From NCBI GenBank assembly GCA_964247055.1, contig OZ176054.1, forward strand, positions 8,680,001 to 8,744,000: 64,000 nucleotides of DNA, given 5' to 3'. Of the stretch, positions 30,901-45,600 are shown in pieces (positions within the stretch are counted from its first letter, which is position 1; each line of letters begins with the position of its first letter). The notes below the pieces were generated by a model, which did no database searches, was not told where the DNA came from, and saw only the letters and a program-made list of their open reading frames with translations. The stretch comes from Paragordius varius. Lineage: Eukaryota > Animalia > Nematomorpha. Made by a program: the position numbers and the translations under genes.

Positions 30901-33900
30901 TATATATTTTTTTGAAAAAAGGAGTGAGTCATCATGCGGATAATTACACCCATATATTTATTATGGGGGAGGGGTGGTCTATATATATATATATATATTA
31001 TTAATATTAAATTTGCATAACTTATTTAGTAAAGGAAATGACTAACTCTACATTTATGAAAATTCTGACAGATTGTGCCCAAAAGATGAATTTAATGATT
31101 AGCGTGTCTAAATCGCTGGCTATTCACGAACGGTATTTTACCTAAAATCATATAAGGCATTTAGTGTAAAATCTGAATTTTTTTTTCGTTTAACTAATGA
31201 AAATATTTTATTTCACTATTTTTTACCAAACCATTTATTTATTAGATTATAATGATAATTTTGTTAGTAACAAACAATATAAGTTATTTATAAAATATGT
31301 CCTCGCTATTGAGATATATTCTATTTTATTGATTAGATTGAAAAGTTCTAAACACTCACTTTTGATCTGTTTGATTGATGAATATATATTTGCCAAAAAA
31401 TATAATCCTTCGCAAACAGACCTTAGAAAAGTAGTTTTAGATGATTGTTATGAATCTTTCCTATCCAATGGCATGCTGAATGAAAATGATCTGGTATATA
31501 TCATATACATTTAATTTCTAAATATCTAACATCCTTCACAAAACTATTTTTTTATAAAATGTAAAATAAGGTAAAGTTTGTAGTAATAATACAATAAAGT
31601 TGTGTATTAATTGACAATATTTTTTCGTGATAATTAAAATAATTTCGATTTAAAATATATATTTATGGAATAATAATATTAGTAAAACCAATAAAAGATT
31701 TTTTCGTCTATTAATGCATTAATTATGGGCACTTCTTTTTTTTACTAAAAATATTATATTAAATTAGGGGTGTCCAACACATATGACTTCGCGGTCCCCA
31801 TTTTTAACTCAAAAATCCAGCGGTCCGTATTGAAAAATATACGAGAATTAATAAATATTTTACATTTTAAACATAAGACCCTAAAAAGATATCGAAATAG
31901 ATTATAACTATTTATTTAATTTTTGCTAAATTGTTGTTGGTGAAAGCAGTATGAAATATGTTTTACTAAGATTTTGTAAATATTTTGCGGATTAATGCAA
32001 TGTATTTAGTATTTGGTACTTTTTCAATTTCACGGGCTGAAAATTTGTCAGATAGCCGCATGCGGGGTAGCATTCTTGTACTATACAATCAGTTATTGTC
32101 ATAAAAAAATATTATTTACTATTGCTATAATAATATTATTTGATTTTTACAAACATTTATTTGTTTAGTTTCGGATTCTAAACCAATTTGGAATCAAATT
32201 TGATACTGGAAACAATATAGTTTCTTGGCCATTGGATATACCTATTCATTTGATTTATCCTATACGACTGACGTTGCAAAATATCAAAGCAATAAGTAAA
32301 AAATTTCCCATAAAAAGGAAATTTATTATTAATAAAAACTTAACCTAAATTAAAATTAATTTATATTACAAATTTTACTTTTATCTTTGTAAAGGCACAA
32401 ATTTTATTGTCAAATAAATATAACTTCTTATTTTATTGTAATTATTTTTATCTAATTTTTTATTCTTATAGATGAAAACCATGGTAAATCATTAGGTTTT
32501 GGCGTTTGGAAAAGCATTATTAAAACTCTTGTCAGCTCTATACAAGGAACAAACGAAAAAATGGAAATTAAAAAATTTTCCAATATAATCTCTCCAGAAA
32601 ACTGCATTATTTTAGCTTCCTATTTTGAATCATTACCGTTGAATGATAAGGGTGCCATATGTGATCAAATTTTACAAGCTTTAATGTCCATTGCACAAAG
32701 TCAATGTTTTAAGTATAATATGATGTCATTTTTATATATATTACTTTTGAAATAAAGATAATAAAAAAATTATTGATTAGGCTGGTAAATAAATTCACAT
32801 GTGATTTCTCTAAAGTTTTATTTGGTATTTTAAGTATTATTATTGAAAAGTTTTTTTAAACACTATATAATATGAATATTTATTTGAACACTATGCATCA
32901 AATATCAACTTCATAAATGTGAATCAAACATTTTTACATTACAGAAAAATATTTTTTTACAAATATTTGAAAACTTTATTAATCTATAACTAATAATATT
33001 CATTGTTTTATAAAGGATTGATTTAGCAGCATGCATTCAACTTTCACACTTGCTAGTTCTTTGGGATTATGTGCTTTGTAACTTTCATAGGGCAGCCCCA
33101 TTTATGGAACAAAAAGTGATTAAAATAAAAAATTATTATATATTAAATAATTTTTGCTAGAAAAGTAGTACATTTTATAATTATTTTTTTTATTGTAAGT
33201 TTTATATTTAGATTAAAAATATTGTTACGTCCAACAATTTTGAATCACAACAAAATTCGCTAAACGAATTTGGCATTACCGATTTGGAAAGGAGTATTGG
33301 ATCAATTACAGAACTTTTTGGTAATTAATATTTTATCTTAACTTAATGATAATTTTTGTGTATTATTTAAACCAAAAGCAGAAACAAAATTATAAAGATT
33401 CAACATAACATGAAAGCACATAAAATTAGAAAATTTATATTTTTTTTAATCTAAGAACTATTAAAGGTCGGGAAAAGGCAATGATTTTTTTTATTCATCA
33501 AGTTGTTTTAAAGCAAGGTTGTTCAAACAAATGGTTTTGCGGGCTACATTTGAATATATATGGGTATTAGTAAATATTATAATACATTTAAACAATAAAT
33601 TTAAAATGGAAACACAATATAACAATTTTTACTAGTTTACTGTCATTTGGAATGACTTATTCAGAACATTTAGAAATATAAATCTAGAGCATATTTTTAC
33701 CTGGTAATTAAATTTTTTACGGGTCGCATGTTGGAAACCCTTATTAAAAATTGCAATCCGCTTTATTAAAATATCTATTGATTGGAATCATGTATTTCAG
33801 CAAATTATTAGCAATTAATTCATGTAAAACATTAATTATAACTACTAGTAATCTTTATCAAATTTTTTTAAATAATGTTGTTATTGCAGATATCTGAAAT

Positions 33901-36900
33901 TATGTTTATGTATATATATATATATATATATATATACGTTGAAAAAATTAATTTTTCTATTAACTAATTTACAGTGGACAATTTTGTTTAAATTTGATTA
34001 TTTTTGGGCAAGATTAATACAAAAATTGAGTTTATATTTTCATGGTCAAATCCTCCCAAAAGTCAAAACTATCCATTTTCAAAGCAAGAAAGATTTGACT
34101 GTTTTGTTAAACTTTAGTAGTGCTCCTATAAATTTGTTTTATAATATTTTATAGATGATTCTTCCAATAATATAACGCGTTATTACGTTTTACAAAACGC
34201 ATCGGATTACCAAACATATGGGAAAAATCTAAAAATTGATTCTTTGGCATGTAAATATATCTTGGCTTCCCCAGCCGATTATGCCAAGTTATATAAAGCG
34301 CTTATATATTTATTCAATCTTACATTTGAATACGGCAGTATTGAACATTTAATAAAAGGCGAATTTGCTTTGGGAGAGAATATTTCTACTATTACGAATC
34401 TTCAAAAAGGAATATTGGTATTATAATTATGCTTAAAATATATGTGTTTTGATTTTTAAGATTAAATATTTTTTTGTTATTCAATTTTTAATCCCAAATC
34501 TAAATATTGATATTAAATGATTTTATAATAACAATAGTTTTCAACGGATTTGACATATTTGAGAATTTTGTTATGGAAAATATTAAATTACATGCCTGTC
34601 CCATTGTCTACAATTGAATCTTTTAGTGGACTTAAAATGGATCAAATTATTACTCAAGCTGAGGAAACTAAAAACAATCAGGTAATAAAATATTATTTTG
34701 ATAAAAATGCGTTATGTTATTGATAAAAAATACAATACAATATTTCTAATTTATTGTTCTTAGTTATTTATTTCAGTAAGTTAAAACATACGTAAAAAAC
34801 TTTGGACCCTAAAAGATATCCATGATTTTTAAATCTTAATTTTATATAATATAACTCACCGTTTTGGCCTGCAAGGGAACATAGATGTAAATTATTAATG
34901 GACCAAATTATATTTTAAAAATATTTAATATTATAATATTAAGGTTTAATTATTATGGTTGTTTTTTTGTAAAAAAAAATATTTGTCTTTTAGTTTTTAT
35001 GTTTTGTCTGTATAACTTTATCTTTTACCTTATATAGCCTCAAGACAATGATAATACAAATTTTAGCCTAGGTCACATCCTTAACCGATTTCGCTATTAC
35101 ATTATAATTAATAAAGAATTTGGATGTGCCTATGAATGCATCAAGGTAATTTTCAATTTAAAAATCATAATATATTATATTTTTATAATATTCCAAAGCA
35201 TAGTATATTTTATATTAATTAATTATGTATTTTCGGAATTTTAGTCTGATTTAATCCGGCAAGGTATCTCTATGTTAAAAGCCAACTTACATTTATCTCG
35301 TATTCAACGTATACAATCCAGGCTTGATATTTCATTAAAGGAGTGTAATGAGATTTTATTACAACAGGTTATTATAACTAAGAAATTTTTAAACATTTAG
35401 TCAAAATTTTAACATTTTTTCTTTTTTTTTCGAAATCGAAATAAATTTCTTTTCTAACATTTAAGTCGAGATTTTATATAATTAATTCGTTTTATCTGTT
35501 AAAATTATTATAAGTGTTTAATTTGACAACTATTTTATCGCTTTTTTGTTCTGATTTAAATATATATACTTTTCTTTAATCATTTAGTCAAGCTTTTTAA
35601 TAATTTTTCTCTATTTTTTATTTAAATTCTAATTTACAAAACCATAGTTTTTTGAACCAATTGTCCATGCTTCGGAAGCGGATATAGCAAATTATCCTAG
35701 AAATATGGAATTTTGTTTGCTGGATGCCATATGTGCTAAACTTAATTACGATTTGATACAAATTGATATGGGTTGTTATCAAGTAGTTTTATCAATTTAT
35801 ATGGTTTTTTATATTCATTTTTACAAAAAATCAATTTTGCATATAATTTGTTTTGTCTTTAACAGATTGATCGTGAACGGCTAATTAATGGAAAGATATA
35901 TCCCATTTTTATTCAAAACCTTATTCACATCATTAGATTATTGCATTTTGTTATCAAGTATGATTGCATTATATATTTCTGCTTTATTTTTTTAACAAAT
36001 ATTTTTGATTACTATACCATACATATAATTTTTTGGTAGAAGGAAAATATATTTGGATTGTCTGATTCTGGAACAAAACCCTGCCAACAATAATAATATT
36101 ATCCTGACAAAAAATATAGACTTGGACTCCTACCATTTGATATACAGCCAGGCAATAAGGTTTATATTTTTTTAAAATTGGAAAAAACAGTTCTGAGCCA
36201 AATGGTCCCAAGACTAAAATTTGTTATATGTCAGATTTAGAATTACCCATTTTCAAAGCTATTAATTTTTTAATAATTTTAATTTATAATATATATTACA
36301 CAAATGATGTATAATTAAAATATTATTACAAAAGAATAAAAACCAAGTTATAAAATCAAGTTGATTATATTTATAGACGCATTGCAGAAACGGCCACTAT
36401 AAAAGATACAACTATTCCAAAAGTTCTTAACACCGAAAGTATAAATAGCAATACAAATTCTGTTCCAATTGCTTATGTCGAATCGGTTTTATCATCCCAA
36501 GATGATTCACAATTACAAACGCAATCTCCACTACCCTTGTACACAAAAGAAACCCCATGCGCTCTTTTAGGTAAAAAAATTGACTGTCTTTGAATTCCCA
36601 TTTTGTTTAATAAAATGATTAATGTGGATTTCATATGAAAAAATGTAAAATATTAGATAAATTAGAATCTTTCTTTGTCAAAAAAAACAGTGGACGGCAG
36701 CAGATAATTTAAAGTTCTGCATTATTCATAAAATAATCAGCAAACAAAACATTGAAAAAAATTATTATTTATATAATGGATTTTATAAAAATGTTTTAAT
36801 TTGAATAATTGAGGATAAATATCGAAATTTTCAAATTGGTTATATGTTAGTGAAAAGCGTTTTAACATGTTAACATATTATATTGCTATTTGGTTTAGAG

Positions 36901-39639
36901 AGAAAACAATTATACAAACCCATTTTTTTGTCAATTTATCTTCATGTATAGTGGCATAAAAAGTCCCAAAAATTCACAAAATCGACAAAATATAGAATCA
37001 AAAAATAAGCTGTTTATATTAATTTATATACTTGAATATATTTTGGCATATTATTACAGTTGATAAGGGTGGTGATTGGTTAGACTCTTATACATGCTGT
37101 CAATTGGCTGGTATAGCAAGTACCAATCTTTTACGATATTGTCTACTAATACCCATGACAAATAGTACAAAAGCGAATAATGGCCCTTCCATTTGGAAAC
37201 CTAAATTTAATGCAACGCAAATACGCCTTTCATCATGCAAGAATAGTAATGAGAAATCTCTGTTGGTTCCTACATCAACTTCATTTGTTACATCTCTTTT
37301 GTCGCAAAGTTTGTGTAAAAGTTTGGATCATTGGAATGAACAACTTTTTACCATGATTTTTCCATCTTTTCCAGATTTTTCGGTAAATTGTAATGAGATC
37401 TATGAACAAAAAGATTAAACACCGTTTTAGCCAAATAGTTTAAAGAAGCAATCAAAATAATTACTATTTCGGTATTTTAAGCAACAAAATTTGCTGGTAT
37501 ATAAAGAAGTTGCAATCGAAAAAGTCCAATTTAGTCGTACAGTGCTTATTAATATAATTATCTGTTAATTGTTCAAATATTATATAATATAATCTTCTTC
37601 TAATTTGATTATTTTTTCAAACGTATTTATCTGCCAATATAAATATACAGTTTAGAGTCTCTTTTTTCCTTTTTTTTGTCAAAGGGTAAGGACTTAAATT
37701 GTATCCGGACATGTGAAGGCTTTTAACACTCGCTCGCCTGTCCAGGGCTGACAGTGATGATGGAAAAATTGCGTAGTTTCGGGGTTTGAACTCTACTATA
37801 CCAAGGGTATCTGACAATATGTATCCATTAAATATTCTTCAAAATTTTAGAATGTTGACAATATAAACGAACGAATACAGACAATGGATAAATATTACAA
37901 TGATTTGATAATGGCGCATATCAAAACTTTTTGTATTACTGGTAAACCGAATTTTTTATATTGATACACAAATTATTCTTATTTTATTTATGGTGATTCC
38001 ACTTATTTTATGGTTATAGATCAATATTGGGAAAATGAAGCATTGGGACTTACGCTTAAACATGTGTTTCATACTTGTTTAAACTTATTAGGGAGTTTTT
38101 GGAAGTATGTAATATTGAATTGAAATATATTTAATTGTTTTTTTTTTAATTAAAATTCTTATAGACTAGCACCAATCGAAAAAATGTCAAATGAGTTATT
38201 GGATGTCTTGTTCCCAATTATCTTGGATGCCCGAACCGAATATATGACATCAGATGTAAATTATATTATTTATTTTTCAATTTAAAAATTAAATTTTATT
38301 ACAGTACGCATAATGACCGATAAGCTTAATTAATAAGCTTCTTTGTATTAAACGATGACTTTATATAAGTATTTTTATATTTTTGCAATTTTTCGATCAT
38401 AAATTTTGCGTAAAATCTTTTTTTAAAAAAATATATGATTATCCAAAATTTTTAACCATTTAATATACGCAAGTTTTTCGTACTAAATTTTGTAATATAC
38501 TCTGCAAAATTAGATAATCAATAAAATGGAAATGTGTCTTGGAGCTAGTGGTAGCTATCAGTTTCGATTTAATATCTTCTTGTTTGCACTTCAAAAATGT
38601 AAAGAGATCTTAGAAACTTTGTCCATACAAACGTAAGTTTAATTTTATAAGTTTTAGATTCCAATCAAAGTTTTTTAAGTATTAAAAAATAATTATATGG
38701 GGGCAAAATATTATTCTTAATTTAGAAAAAAGAGATATATATATAATCATTAGGAGTATAAATTCTTTTCGCTAATTTAATTTATCATTAATTAAAGTTT
38801 GGCTGATCAAGTGCGGTTAAATTTGCTTGATCTCATGCAAATGGTAATATCCAATGATTTTGGGATTGAAGCTTTATTTACATCATTCAAGACTGGGAAA
38901 GGTATTTTTTATAAATGTTTTAAATGGATTAATATTTTATGTTAAGTCTCCTTAAATTTAAATACAATTTATTTTTCTCCATATAACTTAGATTTTCAAA
39001 TTTTGTTAAACATGATTATCGCTTCAACCGACGTTAATAAACAATCTAGCATTATCATGGGACAAAAAATTAAACAAAATTGTTTAAAATTTCTATCCCG
39101 TGCATTTTATCAATTGACAGTTTTTAAAGCTCTGGAGAATCATATGGAATCTATTGACAATTTTTCTACCCTAATTTTGTTTATGGATGAAAATATTGAT
39201 GCATTTTTTTCAAACATATTATTAAATCAAACACATTCAAACAATACCACGCATACATCTGCTGAAAATCAAGTTTACTTCATATATTTACTGAGATAAT
39301 TGCATAAAAATATTTTAAATAATTTAATTTGAAATCCCTACTTAACTTTTTAGGATATGAGTATGATGGACACTGCAATGTTGTATACAAACAGCCGTTA
39401 TCTTTATCAATTACTAAAATTTTCTTTTGGTTTTAGCAGGTACATTCATATTACAAATTGATTTTTACTTTTTTACTAAATATAAAAAGAATATACTTTA
39501 TTATTCAATGGTATTTCATTTAAAATATTTCCAGCCTTGATATGAGTTTTTAACAGCAAACACATACGATATGAGCAATCCCAAATCTAATCCAAACCTT
39601 ATAATATTTAAAACGATTTTTGAAATAATCATAAATTTT

Positions 39640-39693
<54 letters not shown>

Positions 39694-42600
39694 TGTAGTT
39701 TGATGTTACCCGAGACTTGTTTTAATAAAGCTACATACACTTTACATCAAATATCTTTACATCACTATGCGCGATACCTGAAATTATTTCGATATGATGT
39801 CCAACGTAGAGAAAATATAGCTAAGGCATTAACATATATTTGGGGTGTGCAATTATTACTTTGTAATCATATGCTGACTGTACCTCAACAAATGATAGAT
39901 GCAAACTTAAATTATGTAGCAAGAAACGTTGTTGATATTATACCTAAACTGATGGAATTTGCAATGGACATCCTTAATCACCTCGCAAATGAAGGATTAA
40001 TTAAGCATTGTTTAGATTTCACGCCTAAACCCACGAATAATACCAAAGTATGTATTATGTTATTTAAGATTTTGAAGACGAGTTTAATTCAGGAAAAAAA
40101 TGATTATTAACTTGTATTAATGGAGTGAATTTACATAAAATTTTAATTCCTGATAATAAATTTATTTACATTGGTGTTTGCAGTAAAAATTTAAATTTTA
40201 AAGATAAAAACATAAAAACTAAATGGGTTATATGTATATAAATAACATAAATTTTAAAACGCTATAATTTTTTATCTAAATGATTACAATATGTGGGTAT
40301 AATGGTGTCTGTTATCAATTTATATCTCTAATTTTTTTTCAAGTAAAAACGGTAGTTAATACAGTTGCACATTAATGTTGGAGAGGCGGTAACAAATGGT
40401 AGAAATTACAATTTTTTCCTATCTTACAGCATTATATTTTATTTAAGTATGGACAAAATTTGTTTTAAATCATGCACTAATGTATCCAAAAATAATAGGA
40501 ATTGACCAACATCAATGGGCATATTTAAAATTAAGGTTACAAATATATGGGTGTCTTTATAAAAAATATTAGTTATTTTAGTTTTTCACCTTTTGTCCCT
40601 AAAATTATAATTATTATAATATTTTGCCCATTTTATAGAACTTTCATATTTTTCTGCTCTATCTAACTGGATTTGTGAATACTATTCTCTCTGCCATATC
40701 ATACCATGAAAAAAGGGCTAAAATAGCCTTGAAAGAAAATTCAAAAGATATTTATCTGAAGGTTGTCTATTATCATTTATACGTTTTTAATTTGTAAATA
40801 TATGTTTACCAAAATTTTATTACCAAATTAAACAGTATGTAAAACAAAAAGGGAATATAGATTTTAGTTTTTATCAAATTTGTCTGAAAATTGAAATATT
40901 ATTTACAGCATATTAGCCTGTCCGGTAAAAGGATACTACAAAAATATTATATGGACAAATGCGAATTGGATTCCATTGACCATGAAGTAATTTTTTGATT
41001 TTTTCTATTAAAAAACTTTTTTAAATTAAACATTGTATAATAAATAGATTTCAAACGATAAATACAGCCAACAAACAAACAATTCTATTTGCACATATGC
41101 ATATACCAACAAGGAATTTATCAATCAACATTGGTACAGATATATTATATACTTTTAAATATGTCATATTTTTATTCTTTTGTTTGAAATTTCTATACAC
41201 AATTTTTTTATCAATAACCGGGACTGAACAAAATATGCTATAAATTAAAATTGTTATCAAATACTATTATTTTTTAGGATAAAAAATGCATAAAAGTAAA
41301 TATAAAAGCAGGGCATTTTGGTCAAAAATAGGCATGCACCCTATAAATTTTGATTTTACTATTTTAAAAGTTATTTCTTTACCATTTCTAATGTTCATTG
41401 ACAAAGATGTAAAAAATCGCACATAAATCCACGGCCCCTAATACAACACTGGTTATAACTTATATTTGTTTTATTTTATCCTATAGCGCTCTTTAACCTG
41501 AGAATTTTAAAATTTGGTGTGACACTTTTTTGTAATATATTTAGCCATAACCAAATATATGGTTATTAAAGCAATTAATGGTGTTACAATAAGGCTATTG
41601 GTAATTAAACAAATAGAAAAAACTATATTTAACTCAAACTTAAATAATTCTATCAAATCTACATGATTCTTTTAGGTATAATTGTCATACATGTGGTATG
41701 GTAGATGGAGTCGGTATTTGCACTGTTTGTGTCCGTATATGCCATAAAAATCATGATGTTACCTATTCAAAATTTGGATCTTTCTTTTGTGACTGTGGTG
41801 CGAAAGAGGATGATTCCTGTCAAGTAATTTGTTTATTATACAGACACTTAAACCTTTGCCTATAAATATATTTCCTTTAAGCCTTTGGAAAAAAATATGG
41901 TTTTCCAAGCGATTTTCAAAGTTTTTTCTATACTATGATGAGTTAAAATAAGTCTAGTTTTTTAAGAAAAATTGATTGACGACGTTTATTGCCGATATAT
42001 ATCGTTATTTTAGTATACAACAGTTTTTTTTATCATCTCTGATCATTAACATTGTTCTAGTAATTGATTTTGCGATACGATTGTTTATTTTCTTATTTCA
42101 TTAGGCATTAAAAAGTGCTTTGCCAGTAAACGATATTGAATCGCTTTCTAATATTGACATAAAAACACCTATAGAATTATCCTTTGTTCCCAACAAGATC
42201 CATTGCACCAAGACCAGTTTATCCGAAAGTATTTAATTTCAATATTCACATCAAAAATCTTGTTTTATTATTTCATTTTAATAAATATTTTTTTATTTTC
42301 GATTTCAATTTTAATTTAATTTTTTAAGTAAATTTTACGTATCCTAGAATTATTAATTTTTAAACCGCAAATATAATTTATTTATCTATTAAATATTTTC
42401 ATAATATATATAGTGGTGAATTTCGAAAAAGAACTGGCACTATTTACCCAACCAGAAAACCCAAATAACATAGAAATTTTGCAAAATTACTTTTCCCTCA
42501 TATACGATAGCATATTTTGGCGAATAAGACAAAACGGCACCGATCTATACAATGTGCTGATGGACAAAAATGTAATTTTAATATATTTAACTAAATTAAA

Positions 42601-45600
42601 GCAATTTTATATATTTGTCATACATCCTAGGTAACAATATTATCCCTTTTATAAAATAAAAATTCTCAGGAGTGTGCTAAAATTTTAAATCCGGAATTTT
42701 ATAATTTTTTTATCATCACTGTCTGAAGTTATTTTGGCAAGGGTAGTGTTAAAACTTTCAGGGGCTCTTTAATGCAGACTTTAATATATGATTTAGGTTT
42801 TTAAAGCAAAGATTTTAATATAATAAGATTTCCTTTTTTTTAATGCATTTAAGCAATTTTCGTATTCATATTATTAAAAATGTAAACAATTTTAAGTCCT
42901 CTCATACAATTTATGCAAAATATACATATTTAATATGCCTAATATAGTTATTAAAAAAGATGCAACAATGCATGGCCATATACTTACATCTTTTATCTTC
43001 TCGGAGTTTGGAAACTTCAACGTATTCTAAGATTAATTCCTATCTTTTTTCCCCAACTCAAAATTTCCTGAATAGTTTATCACCCGAAAATTCGAATGAT
43101 AATTTAAATACTGTCAAAACACATACTGTTGAATATCAACAAATTGTCGTTCCCTTCAAAATTAATGATTGTAACAATCCTTCACCTATGTTAATTCAAA
43201 ATGAAGCTAATTGGGTCGATGATTCAAGGTATAATATGATATAAAAACAAAAAATGTTTTTGATAAGCGAATGTACAATTCGATTACATTTTAAAAATTA
43301 ATAATTTGTTTTAGATACTTACCAATGATAACAAATTTATTTTTTTTATGTTCAGGCAATTGGATAAATCATTAATACATTACAACAACAATCCCTTTAA
43401 CCTTGATCTCAATAATATGAAAGATAATCCGTTTATCTGCGCTCATTTTAGAATGTATATTAAATGTGGAACTGACACGCACGTCGATGGAAAAGTCCTT
43501 AAAACTTTTATAATCGTAACCAAAAATAAAAATGAAGTAAAGTTATCCATATTTATATTAATTTTATATAGTCTTAGTTAATACGCATGAAATGTTGGTT
43601 AGGGTTCGGTCTTTGACTGGTCAAAATGACCGTTATGATTTATAAAGGCTCTCATTTGTGGTCAATGAGTTATCCACAATAAGAAAATGTCTTTAAATAA
43701 AAATACCATATTAAAAATAATGCCACCAATATAACACTAGTCGACAAATTTGGACATTTTTAAGCACCACCACTCAAACTTTTTAAATTATGACTAATTT
43801 CAGTGTTTTAAAACCAAATTTGAAAAAAATTTTGATTCCGCCAATCAGAATTTTGAAATATTATAGGTTTTTCAATTTTTCAAAAACAAGAGAAAATCGA
43901 GAGAAAATTAAATATAACTTTATAATAAAATGTTATTATATTATAAACTTAATATCGTTTAATAAAGCGTTTTATATTCTATCTTTTGAATATAAATATG
44001 TCATTTAAATATCAGAGAGAAAAAAATAGTACGAACTTAAACGTCAAAATTTAGTCTTTTTTTCAAGTGAATTTTTTATACGTATAAAATTTTTTTAAAA
44101 AAATACTAAAAAAGGGGTTCTATTGTTTAAACCTTCGGCTTTCAGATAGGCTATGTTTTTTTGTTAGATTTCGTTCTTTCGAGTACTTATTAGACTTTTT
44201 CTCTTGAGTTGGTTCTTATAAAAAATTCTTTATTTATACCTAGTGGATATACCTTATTTTTTTAAAATTATTGGTTGTTTTGTATTTTGAATTTCGGATG
44301 GATGTTGTTTAGCCACTTTTAGTAGAATTTACTGTTATGGGGTTGGACCATTTGTATTTACCTAATTTATATTCAATTTAATTGTATTTATCTAACTTTA
44401 TTCTGTAAATTGGTTAATTTAACATGTCAATTTGCCTGGATTTTGCTTGCAAGTCTCTCTTATCGGACTTTACGATTACTTATTGTTATCTTTGCCATAT
44501 CTGGCATAATTGGATCGCTTGGGGGATATGCAGAACTTGTGCAGCCGCCCGGATCTATCACACTATACATAAGCCCCTTTTAGATTTTTAATACTTTGGC
44601 TCTTAGCTTGTTTAGTATCTTATTTATAGAATTTGTTATCCATGCATGAAAAATTACTTATATCGACTTGCTTGTTTGAATATTTAAACATATGTACACG
44701 GGAATGATTGTTATTTTTGAATTAAATACAAATTTAAAAATTAAATTTTGGAAAAATCCTATTGGTGGCCTCAATTTTCTTTTTTGTTTTGGCCTATCCA
44801 TGCCATTAAGTATCAGAAAATGCAAAAATAATGGGGTGGTGCAAAACCTTGTTGATCAGTGTAATTAATGGAAAACCAAATAAAAAATAAGAAATTCTTA
44901 TAATGTGACATTTTTTACATTTCGTTTAAGTTTAAAAACATTATTTATTTTTTTTGTATCACATGGTGAACTAACATTTATTCAAAGAATATTTGACTTG
45001 CTATTGAAAACGCGGTCACATTTACAGTCATAAATTAATAAACAATAAGAAAATTTCAACCCTATAGATAAAATGCTACATATGTGATCCAAACTCGCTT
45101 ATGCCAGTACCGAATTCATCTCATATGGAAACTAAATGGTCGTTAAAATTAGCCTTTTCTATAAAAAACATATGCGTTGAGCGGAATATCAATGTCAATT
45201 CAACCAAAATAGCTGTGTCTGGGACAACGGTTAACAATACTATTAAATTTTATTTTGTTTCTTGGATAAACAGTTTATTTTCGCTTGTATTATAGTTTAC
45301 TCATTAACAATGTTTTTCGTTTTAAACTATTTGCTGTCACATGAATAATTAAAAGAAAGTGTGATTGAAAACTGATTTAAATTTATATAGCCATTTGGTT
45401 TCAGGCCGATTTTTTATGGCCAAACATTGGATAAAATTGTCCTTTAACGATTTGGGTCGCAAAAAAGGACCATATTTCATTTTATTGTAAGTAATGGAAC
45501 CGAAAAATAGAAATTCGGGTGTGATAAAGTTTAGGTTGTAACAGGTTAAATGGTTAGCTTTCCAAGTAATAATTTTTTTATATTTATATACATATAATGA

